A stretch of 46,903 nt of DNA from the NCBI GenBank assembly GCA_001777055.1, contig MFCX01000036.1:1-46903 (forward strand), read 5' to 3'. Below the pieces are notes generated by a model that had not been told where the DNA came from, did not search any database, and saw only the letters and a program-made list of their open reading frames with translations. A program made the position numbers and the translations under genes. Shown here piece by piece: positions 31,760 through 41,543 of this stretch. The stretch's first letter is position 1. Every line of letters starts with the position of its first letter. Source of the stretch: Candidatus Daviesbacteria bacterium RIFCSPHIGHO2_02_FULL_39_12. Lineage in GTDB: Bacteria > Patescibacteriota > Microgenomatia > Daviesbacterales > UBA10151.

Positions 31760-32146
31760 GTGGGAGATGAAAGCGTCATTGAATCCATCAACAAAGGAAA
31801 AGTTGATTTTGATTTAGTCATAACTACCCCTGAATGGATGCCAAAGCTTGCTAAAGTTGCAAAGAATTTAGGCCCAAGAGGTTTAATGCCCAATCCCAAA
31901 AACGGCACTATTACTGATGCTTTGAAAAAGACTGTCGAATCGTTCCAAGCCGGCAAAACTGAGTACAAAACTGAGTCTAAAGCTGCGGTTATTCATATTG
32001 GACTGGGTAAATTAAACCAACCTACGGAGCAGTTAGCAGCTAATGTCAAAACCTTACTCGCAACCATCGGTAAAACAAAAATTAAAAAAGTAACCCTGTC
32101 TCCCACCATGGGCCCGGGCGTGAAGGTGGATCTCTCCGGACTTTAA
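31760..32146 (+). pseudogene. Orphan second copy of the rplA 3' part (L1 C-terminal 128 aa)
   Basis: GDESVIESINKGKVDFDLVITTPEWMPKLAKVAKNLGPRGLMPNPKNGT..TLSPTMGPGVKVDLSGL aligns end-to-end with residues ~169-296 of the L1 at 27607-28497. No L1 N-terminal half precedes it. Confidence 0.8.
31829..31893 (+). repeat. Right copy of the 65-nt near-identical direct repeat
   Basis: Matches 28180-28244 at 64/65 positions. Confidence 0.85.
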
Positions 32147-32165
32147 GTGACTTAAGTAACCTAAG

Positions 32166-34619
<2,454 letters not shown>

Positions 34620-34635
<16 letters not shown>

Positions 34636-36140
34636 AGCTTGATAAGCTCCTCCTTTTTTTTCAATACATTGGCAAGTAATTTATCCATATCCTCAACCTT
34701 GGACAACTGGGCAAGCAAACCTTGGACATGTAAATGGGTATAGTTTTTGACTAAATTAAGCCTGCAGACCGATATGGGAAAGCGGGGATCATCCCCGATC
34801 AGCCTCTGCCAGATCAAGGCAAAAAGCGCTGTCTCTGCATCCTGCGGCAAAATTAAATTGTAGGACTGGTCGAAAAATTCAGTAATTTTTTCACCCATTA
34901 TAAGAATTTGTTTTGTTTCATCAGTCAGCTCCGCTCCGAAATGGGAAATATTTTGGGCAGTCTCATATTTAATTAAAAAATCGTTAACAATACGGCTGAT
35001 GGATTTTTGCAGTTTACCCTGAGTCTGTTTCCCCACCCTGGTGACAGATAAAGGCGCGTTAATGGCCGGCCTTCTGCCTTTATAAAAAATATTGGAATCA
35101 AAAAAAATATGCCCGTCTGTTACCCCCATTAAATTAGTAGTAATATATCCTGTCAAATCCCCTTCTAAGGTTTCTGCCAAAGGCAAACAGGTAATGGAAA
35201 TCTCATCGCCGCGATCCGTCTTAAAATTACCGGCTCTTTCAAGCAACCTGGCGTGAGTATAGAAAATATCCCCGGGATAGGAATCGCGCCCGGGAAAACG
35301 GCGGGCCAGCAGGGCAATTTCCCGGTAAAAACGGGCATGGGTTGATAAATCATCCAATAAAACAAGGGTGTCTTTACCATTATCTCTAAAATATTCAGCC
35401 AAAGACATGGCAGCAAAAGGGGTAAGATGAATTAAACCGGGAGAATCAAAAGAGCTGGTTGCCACCATCACCATATTTTTTAGCAGCCCTTCTTTCTCAA
35501 AAAACTCCTCCAACGCCTTAATCTCGCTTTGTCTTTTGCCAACCGCAGCATAAATTACAACAGGGGGATTGTCATTACAAGTTAGTTGAGCTTTAGCAAT
35601 AGAACGCAGCAAGGCGCTTTTGCCGGTCTTTCTGTCCCCTAAAATCAGCTCTCTCTGGCCGCAGCCCAGGGGCACTAAAAAATCCACCATGCTGATTCCG
35701 GTATGTAAAGACTTTTTAATCCGTGCCCTCTTACCTATTCCTAAAGGCTTAACTTCCAAAGGATATCTTTCTACCTTCCTCCCTATTCCCCCTACCTCCC
35801 CTATTTCTCTTTTGATTCTATCTTTATCCAAAGGGTTTCCCAAAGGATCTATTAATTGCCCCAGCATCTGTCTGCCAACCGGCAGGGAAAGTTTTTCTCC
35901 GGTTAACACCCCCTTGCTGCCTGTTTGAAGCAAGCCCTTATAGAAAACCAAAACATCAGCCGTTGAATCTTCTAAACTATAAATTTGGCCCAACCGGTTA
36001 TGTTCAAAAACTACCACCTCATTTAAGAAGGCGTTTTTAAGGCCTTTGACTTTAACCAAAGGAAACCGGACTTCTGTTACTATACCAATGTTTTTACTTT
36101 TGTAATCAACAAAGCTCTTCATAATTTCTCCACCCGTCAT
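34620..36140 (-). CDS. atpA: F-type ATP synthase alpha subunit
   Basis: GDRKTGKS P-loop, ITCLPLAETLEGDLTGYITTNLMGVTDGHIFF, RPAINAPLSVTRVG. The first codons overlap a CGTCATTGCGAG element, so the true start may be the second Met. Confidence 0.95.
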
Positions 36141-36168
36141 TGCGAGGAATCTGCACAGATAGTTATCA

Positions 36169-36963
36169 TTAAAATTTTAAAATTAATGATGCTATAAACA
36201 CTCCTGCTCCTACTACTACCACTGCCAACACCACATTTATAAACATTCCCATTTCAATAATCTTTTGAGCCATGGGGTTTCTGCCTAAAGCCTCCAAGCC
36301 CTTATTGGCAGTCCTACCAAACATAAATAACCCTGCCCCAACTGAAGCTACTATCACCAATCCTGCCATAAAATATTTAAAAACTAAAGTCGGAGATTCT
36401 GTAGCTGCCAAGGTAGATAAAGAAAAGAAATCTTTTAAGGAACCACCGGTTGTAGCTTTTAAACTATTAAAATGGATATTTAAAGAGACTGCAATTTGCC
36501 CTATCCCTTCAGAATCAGAAGTATCAAAATCTTCTAAAGCTGTACCCAACACATAACCTGACTTAGTAGCTTTCATTCCAACCCCAGGAGTATCTGAGGT
36601 AGTAATTAGATCCCCTTTGGTTATACCTCCATTTTTAGCAGAAACATTGACTAAGGCTGTGCCGTTGGACATTACCGGCTGAGCTCCTTCTAAAGCTTCC
36701 TCTGCTAACATTATGGCTGCTTTGGAAGTAATTACCCCCACTATATTAGGGTCATAGGCTAATTTGCTTAAAATATAATTTCTATTTGAGGAGGAAATAA
36801 TATCTCCATCTTTAGCACTGCTGTCAGTAATCGGCTTATAATTGGCTATTCCCAAGGAAGTATCCGCAGTACTAGCTTCCGAGGTGGCTTCCTCTTGAGC
36901 TGAAACAACCTGGGGAACTAAAGCAAAACAGAAAATACTTAAAACAATCAGGCAGAACTTCAT
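36169..36963 (-). CDS. Secreted domain fused to an ATP-synthase c-subunit-like two-helix hairpin lacking the mid-helix carboxylate
   Basis: Signal peptide MKFCLIVLSIFCFALVPQVVSA. C-terminus VGAGLFMFGRTANKGLEALGRNPMAQKIIEMGMFINVVLAVVVVGAGVFIASLIL resembles the c-subunit G-rich helix, R(N/Q)P loop and second helix, but no Asp/Glu sits in helix 2. Confidence 0.4.
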   Translation of the reverse strand: MKFCLIVLSIFCFALVPQVVSAQEEATSEASTADTSLGIANYKPITDSSAKDGDIISSSNRNYILSKLAYDPNIVGVITSKAAIMLAEEALEGAQPVMSNGTALVNVSAKNGGITKGDLITTSDTPGVGMKATKSGYVLGTALEDFDTSDSEGIGQIAVSLNIHFNSLKATTGGSLKDFFSLSTLAATESPTLVFKYFMAGLVIVASVGAGLFMFGRTANKGLEALGRNPMAQKIIEMGMFINVVLAVVVVGAGVFIASLILKF

Positions 36964-37014
36964 ACTTTTATCATGTCACATCAGACGGTTATTTTCCAGT
37001 ATTTAATTCAAAAA

Positions 37015-37620
37015 TTAAAAGTTTTTCCTTTTTTGTTCCAGCCGTTTCTTAAAAAGATTTTCCCTAAAGCCGCCTTTTTGGACAAACTTTTCTTCCAGAG
37101 ACTCTTGCAGCCTCTTTTGTAAATAAATAGCTTGGTTAATCAAGGTTATCATTAGATTTACAGCTTGAGCTAAATCTTTGGGAAGGTCAGGGAAGTTGGG
37201 GGAGTCGGGAAGGGTTGGGGTAGCCTTTAAAATCCCCCATACTTTCCCAACCTCCCTTACTCTCCTAACCGTTTCTTCCTTTACCCAAATCTCCACCTTA
37301 TTTTGCCTGGCAAAGGAAAGAAAATCTTTTAAGAGTTCTTCCAAAGAGCCTTTATTAACTCCTGTAAGTTTTATGTAACCCTCCAGACTTGCTTGTTGGT
37401 TGCCTTCGGGGATATTAGTCATGCCGCTTCTTGCAGCCTGAACCATTTGATCAAAAGTTCGGTGGGAGGAAAGGTTGGGGTAGTTAAGGAAGTTGGGGGA
37501 AGAACAGCGTTTACAAAAGACTACGGTGTAGTCGTAAATTGGCACGGTAATTTTATAAGCTAACAGGTACTCATACCCAGCATGGTATTTTATTTTTGTT
37601 TCCTTACTTTGCTGATTCAT
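37015..37620 (-). CDS. Four-helix-bundle protein (23S rRNA IVS protein / Avd-like family) with C-terminal suffix domain
   Basis: FDQMVQAARSGMTNIPEGN (family hallmark Q..RAa.S...NI.EG), C-terminal KGGFRENLFKKR. Two nonamer-array inserts. Confidence 0.7.
   Translation of the reverse strand: MNQQSKETKIKYHAGYEYLLAYKITVPIYDYTVVFCKRCSSPNFLNYPNLSSHRTFDQMVQAARSGMTNIPEGNQQASLEGYIKLTGVNKGSLEELLKDFLSFARQNKVEIWVKEETVRRVREVGKVWGILKATPTLPDSPNFPDLPKDLAQAVNLMITLINQAIYLQKRLQESLEEKFVQKGGFRENLFKKRLEQKRKNF
37180..37224. repeat. Nonamer-periodic array (G-rich family) inside the four-helix-bundle gene
   Basis: gggaaggtc agggaagtt gggggagtc gggaagggt tggggtagc. Relatives at 37461-37503 and 37631-37656. Confidence 0.7.
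37461..37503. repeat. Nonamer-periodic array, same G-rich family
   Basis: ggtgggaggaaaggttggggtagttaaggaagttgggggaaga. Confidence 0.65.
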
Positions 37621-37630
37621 TGTATTTTTA

Positions 37631-37656
37631 ACCTACTTCCCCCACTACCCCTACCT
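37631..37656. repeat. Nonamer-periodic array remnant just upstream of the start codon at 37620
   Basis: acctacttcccccactacccctacc is the reverse complement of ggtaggggt agtggggga agtaggt. Confidence 0.6.
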
Positions 37657-37658
37657 TT

Positions 37659-37733
37659 TTATGGCGCTCCGCTGCTTGGTCCAAAAAATACTGCTCCATT
37701 GTTATATACCCTGACATCATCAATCTGGCCGTT
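37659..37733 (-). pseudogene. Displaced 3'-terminal remnant of a LamG-protein gene
   Basis: Minus strand: NGQIDDVRVYNNGAVFFGPSSGAP*, matching the C-terminus NGQIDDVRIYNYALTVTQVKDLYNGGAVNFAPSSGAP* of the gene ending at 38347, with an internal deletion. Confidence 0.6.
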
Positions 37734-38004
37734 AAAGGGATATTTGAAGTTTGCCGCCCAGAGCTTTTGATACTTTTTCCAGAAAGGCAACCGAGGGATT
37801 AGTAGTACCTCCTTCAAGTCTGGCTATGGCAGATTGTTTGGTACCAACCTTTTCAGCTAACTGTTTTTGAGTCAGCCCTTTTTCCAGTCTTTTTCTGATA
37901 ACTTGCTCAATAATGCTGAATTCAAGTTCAAGAGCATCATAAGCCTTTTTAAGTTCAGGATCTTTGGCAAAAGCTTCTTTTTTAAAGTCCTCGAAGTCTC
38001 TCAT
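37732..38004 (-). CDS. XRE-family HTH antitoxin (HigA-like)
   Basis: LTQKQLAEKVGTKQSAIARLEGGTTNPSVAFLEKVSKAL. Follows the toxin gene. Confidence 0.8.
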   Translation of the reverse strand: MRDFEDFKKEAFAKDPELKKAYDALELEFSIIEQVIRKRLEKGLTQKQLAEKVGTKQSAIARLEGGTTNPSVAFLEKVSKALGGKLQISL

Positions 38005-38013
38005 AGTGGAGGT

Positions 38014-38043
38014 ACTATAACATATATGTTATGTGTTTGTCAA
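38014..38043 (-). promoter_or_regulatory. Internal antitoxin promoter with a 16-bp perfect palindrome, embedded in the toxin 3' end
   Basis: Minus strand: TTGACA (38043-38038), 18 nt, TATAGT (38019-38014). ATAACATATATGTTAT at 38017-38032. The ATG at 38004 is 9 nt after the -10. Confidence 0.5.
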
Positions 38044-38343
38044 GATTCTTAATTTAGCTAAAGCAGTTTTAATCTCTCTTGATGGTGTTTTCTGCGTCTT
38101 TTTAACAAATCCATGAAGAAGAACAACTTGGTTTTGGTGGAAGGTATAAAATATACGTGTTTCTTGTTGCCCTTTTGTGCGTAATTCAAATAAATTATTT
38201 CCTAGTGATTTGCTGTATGGCATACGTAACCGATATTCGAATTCTCTTAATAGGTCAATAGTTCTTAATGTTTTTGAGTAAGTGTCTCTTTCCAAAGAGT
38301 CAATAAAATCTTCCAGATTCTGGTCAAATGTTTTAACAATCAT
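38029..38343 (-). CDS. RelE/ParE-superfamily toxin (HigB / phage Gp49-like)
   Basis: 104 aa. RLRMPYSKSLGNNLFELRTKGQQETRIFYTF..VVLLHGFVKKTQKTPSREI is the typical Gp49/HigB pattern. Toxin precedes antitoxin, as in hig loci. Confidence 0.75.
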   Translation of the reverse strand: MIVKTFDQNLEDFIDSLERDTYSKTLRTIDLLREFEYRLRMPYSKSLGNNLFELRTKGQQETRIFYTFHQNQVVLLHGFVKKTQKTPSREIKTALAKLRILTNT

Positions 38344-38346
38344 ATT

Positions 38347-40932
38347 TTATGGCGCACCGCTGCTTGGGGCAAAGTTCACTGCCCCGCCGTTATATAAATC
38401 TTTTACTTGGGTGACAGTTAAGGCATAATTATAAATCCTGACATCATCAATCTGGCCATTAAAATAACTGGTTGAAGTATATGAGCGGGTGCCAAGGGTA
38501 ATATTAGAGGTAGTGGCCATGGCATCGGTGCCCATAGCTGCAGTTGAACCATCAGCTTTGCCGTCAATATATATTTGTCCGTTGCCATCCCTGTCAATAG
38601 TACAGCCTATTAAATGCCAGTTGGTATCAGCAATAGTAGAAGTTGAGGTGACATCGGTTGCATCCTCGGAGCATTGGACAGTGTTAGAGCCGGTAAAAAG
38701 CAATCTATAGCCGTCATTATCCGCGTCCTCTTTACTTAGGATATATTCTGCGCCGGTGGTTGTTCTTTTGACCCAGGCAAAAAGAGAAAAATCATCAGTG
38801 GAGTTATTAAAGCGCAGGTTGGCAGTATCAGCAACAGCTACTTTATCATCAGTCCCGTCTAGACTTAAAGAATAATTTCTCTTGCCTGTTGCACCGCTGC
38901 CCCAGGCGGTGGAAGAAGTTGAGCAGGTGCCCACAGTATCTTCTCCTCCTGTTGCTCCAATAGTAATAGTACCGGTATTTCCGTTACCCGAAGAGTCATT
39001 GGCAGTTGTTCCCTGACATTCATCCATCTTCCAATACCCAACCGGCGCCCCCCTGTTATAATCCCAAGCAATCTGGGCAGCACTCCGGGCATAATTAAAA
39101 ATTCTAACTTGATCAATTTGCCCATTAAAATACTTCCAGGCACCAGAAACACCAGTTCTCCCAATTTCAAATGAAGCATTACTGAAAGTAGTACCACCAT
39201 AATTACCACTGGCTACCTGTACTCCATTCACATAAAGAATTGTGTTGCCACTGGAGTCATAAGTATAGGTTATATGTTTCCAGGTATTCTGCCAATTAGT
39301 AGGAGTCGTATACTCTAAGCCAGCATATCCACCTCTAGAAAATCTTAACTTACCTTGATAAAAGAAGTGTTGAAGAGCACTGGCAGTAGTGTCGGTGGAT
39401 GAATAAAAAAGCCCTCTTGTCGTGGAAGAAGTTGTATCAAAATTTGGATTCATCCAATAGGATAAAGTACCTCCGGTAGTCACGAGAATAGCAGAAGTTT
39501 TCTCAGCGTAATCATCCGTTCCATTAAAATTACCCGCCTTACCAACCTTTCCAGATTTATATCTAGGAAATCCAGTTCCATACCAAGTGCCATTATATGC
39601 ATTGCCAGAGGTATCCAAAACATTATTTTCAAAATCCCATCTGGCTACCGGGGCAGTACAGGAAGTGGTATCTCCTGGAATACAATATTCCTGGTTAGCA
39701 GCTTGAGGTTGATAAGAGGAGTTATCAGAAAGTGAGCCTAAAACTTGGGAAGAACCTCTATTATAATCCACCTTTACCTCATCAGCAGTTAAAGCATACC
39801 TGTAAACTTTTATCTCATCCAAATCTCCATTAAACTCATCTCCGTTATCTACTCCATCTCTGTCTCCAGCATAAATGGATAAAGAATTAGCCAGAGTTGC
39901 AGTCGTGGTATCTGTATCAGAATCTTTTAATACTCCATCTATATAAATATATGTTTTATCTTGGGTTACATCTCTAACTGCCGCTACATGATGCCAGGTA
40001 TTATCATAAACATCTGTAGATGTGCAGGAGGCGATATCTGGTCCCCAGGTTGTATCATCATCTATGCCAAAACATAAATAACCTGAAGTATTGGTATAGA
40101 TAGCATAACCTGCGGTGGTGGCATTGGCTTTATTAAATAAATACTCTGCAGCTCCTGGATTATTGGCAGAGTCTGATTTAAACCATAAAGATATAGAGTA
40201 ATCATCTGTGTCAGTAACATCAAAATCAGAATCATCTGCTTTGGACAACCATATAGCTCCTGTACCATTCCAGGCTTTACCAAACTTGCCGCTGTCTGTC
40301 CATGACGTAGAAGAAAGGGTCAAATTATTCGCATTAGGGGTACTATCATTAGCAGTAGTCCCATATCCTTCATCAAAGTCCCAATAGCCTACAGCCGACC
40401 CAACAGGAGAGCCAACAGCGGGGTGGCCTGCGTTCATGTCTTGCACAATTTGCTTTTGAGTGCGGGCATAGTTATATACCTGAAACTGGTCTACCGTGCC
40501 TATAAAATTAGTATAAAGGGCATCTGCAGAATCATCTTCACCCACCAAAAAGTTATTGGCAGTATCATCAACTGCTACTGTTAGGGACTGTGAACCAACC
40601 TGCACCCCGTTAACATAAATCCTTAAATTTACTTTATCATATGTGCAGGAAATATGGCTCCAAGTGTTTAGAGTGAGGGCGCTTGTGCCGGAAGCAGCAG
40701 TCTGCCAGGTGGTACTTTTGATCTGGCAGCCCGGAAGACCTGAGGCATCGGTAAAAAGCCTGACCTCCTCTGCTTTGCCCACCAAGGCCTTGCTTGTTAC
40801 AGAAGTTTGCGGATTGAAATATAAAGATATTGTAAATTGGTTAGCGGTCTCTCCTGCTTTAGCAGGAGAGGGAAACACTAGACTCATGAGAGTCATGAGT
40901 CCCATTAGACATATGAGATTTATGTATCTCAT
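38347..40932 (-). CDS. Large secreted protein with four LamG/concanavalin-A-like lectin domains
   Basis: Signal peptide. Recurrent domain ends GTVDQFQVYNYARTQKQI, GDLDEIKVYRYALTADEV, GQIDQVRIFNYARSAAQI, GQIDDVRIYNYALTVTQV. Confidence 0.8.
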   Translation of the reverse strand: MRYINLICLMGLMTLMSLVFPSPAKAGETANQFTISLYFNPQTSVTSKALVGKAEEVRLFTDASGLPGCQIKSTTWQTAASGTSALTLNTWSHISCTYDKVNLRIYVNGVQVGSQSLTVAVDDTANNFLVGEDDSADALYTNFIGTVDQFQVYNYARTQKQIVQDMNAGHPAVGSPVGSAVGYWDFDEGYGTTANDSTPNANNLTLSSTSWTDSGKFGKAWNGTGAIWLSKADDSDFDVTDTDDYSISLWFKSDSANNPGAAEYLFNKANATTAGYAIYTNTSGYLCFGIDDDTTWGPDIASCTSTDVYDNTWHHVAAVRDVTQDKTYIYIDGVLKDSDTDTTTATLANSLSIYAGDRDGVDNGDEFNGDLDEIKVYRYALTADEVKVDYNRGSSQVLGSLSDNSSYQPQAANQEYCIPGDTTSCTAPVARWDFENNVLDTSGNAYNGTWYGTGFPRYKSGKVGKAGNFNGTDDYAEKTSAILVTTGGTLSYWMNPNFDTTSSTTRGLFYSSTDTTASALQHFFYQGKLRFSRGGYAGLEYTTPTNWQNTWKHITYTYDSSGNTILYVNGVQVASGNYGGTTFSNASFEIGRTGVSGAWKYFNGQIDQVRIFNYARSAAQIAWDYNRGAPVGYWKMDECQGTTANDSSGNGNTGTITIGATGGEDTVGTCSTSSTAWGSGATGKRNYSLSLDGTDDKVAVADTANLRFNNSTDDFSLFAWVKRTTTGAEYILSKEDADNDGYRLLFTGSNTVQCSEDATDVTSTSTIADTNWHLIGCTIDRDGNGQIYIDGKADGSTAAMGTDAMATTSNITLGTRSYTSTSYFNGQIDDVRIYNYALTVTQVKDLYNGGAVNFAPSSGAP
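40879..40932. repeat. Nonamer-periodic array (catgag family) encoding the signal peptide of the LamG protein
   Basis: gactcatga gagtcatga gtcccatta gacatatga gatttatgt atctcat. Translated on the minus strand as MRYINLICLMGLMTLMSL. Confidence 0.7.
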
Positions 40933-41543
40933 TTATTTTTAAACTCCCTTCTTTTCTGAAAAAGATTTTCCCTAAAACCGCCTTTCTGGATAAAGCTTTT
41001 CTCAATTCCTTTTAAAAATCTGTCTAATAAAAACCCTTCCTTGGTGCAAAGGGTAATCATTAAATTAGCAAAAGCTTCTGGATCAGAAAATTTTATTCCA
41101 TGAGACTCATTAGACTCATGAGTCACATGAGGCTCATGGGGATTTATTAGTATGGAGCGCAGGTGTAAAACCCGCGGGTCGTTTTTATCCCAAAGCTTGA
41201 GTCCTTTATTAAATAGAAAGTCCTGGTAGTCTTCTATTAGTTCTCCGTAACTTGCTCTTGATACACCAGTTAGCTTCAGGTTGCTTTCTACAGAATTTTC
41301 CAAAGAACCTTCAACCAAGTCCTGTTTGCCTGAACGGGCTGCCTGTTCCATTTGGTCAAGGGTTCGGGAAAATTTAGAGATGTAAAGCTTTAAAAAAATA
41401 CTGTTAAGGTTGTAGATCTCTACTGCAAGCCAATAAACCAGAGTATTTTTAATTCCTCCTAGGCTTTTTCCATGAGACTCATTGGTCTCATGTGACTTAT
41501 TTGACTCATGTATTTTATCTTGACTCATATTATTAAAAATCAC
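40929..41543 (-). CDS. Four-helix-bundle protein (23S rRNA IVS / Avd-like) with suffix domain
   Basis: LDQMEQAARSGKQDLVEGS, C-terminal KGGFRENLFQKR. ATGA overlap with the downstream LamG gene and 11-nt overlap with the upstream one. Confidence 0.7.
   Translation of the reverse strand: MIFNNMSQDKIHESNKSHETNESHGKSLGGIKNTLVYWLAVEIYNLNSIFLKLYISKFSRTLDQMEQAARSGKQDLVEGSLENSVESNLKLTGVSRASYGELIEDYQDFLFNKGLKLWDKNDPRVLHLRSILINPHEPHVTHESNESHGIKFSDPEAFANLMITLCTKEGFLLDRFLKGIEKSFIQKGGFRENLFQKRREFKNK
41098..41141. repeat. Nonamer-periodic array (catgag family)
   Basis: ccatgagactcattagactcatgagtcacatgaggctcatgggg, translated as HEPHVTHESNESHG. Confidence 0.7.
41470..41529. repeat. Nonamer-periodic array (catgag family) at the four-helix-bundle gene 5' end
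   Basis: catgagact cattggtct catgtgact tatttgact catgtattt.., translated as HESNKSHETNESHG. Confidence 0.7.

Noticed and set aside
31546-31968. 140-aa minus-strand ORF spanning the junction region
   Set aside because: Its N-terminal half is simply antisense to the rplA 3' fragment (compare the equivalent antisense ORF 27984-28277 opposite the real rplA). Only the C-terminal ~70 aa (31546-31759) look like a genuine membrane-protein fragment.
37659-38460. DGR template/variable repeat pair, suggested by the Avd-like neighbours
   Set aside because: The two copies of the LamG 3' end differ by an internal deletion and by substitutions of all types in my hand alignment, not by adenine-specific changes. 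No reverse transcriptase is present in the window.
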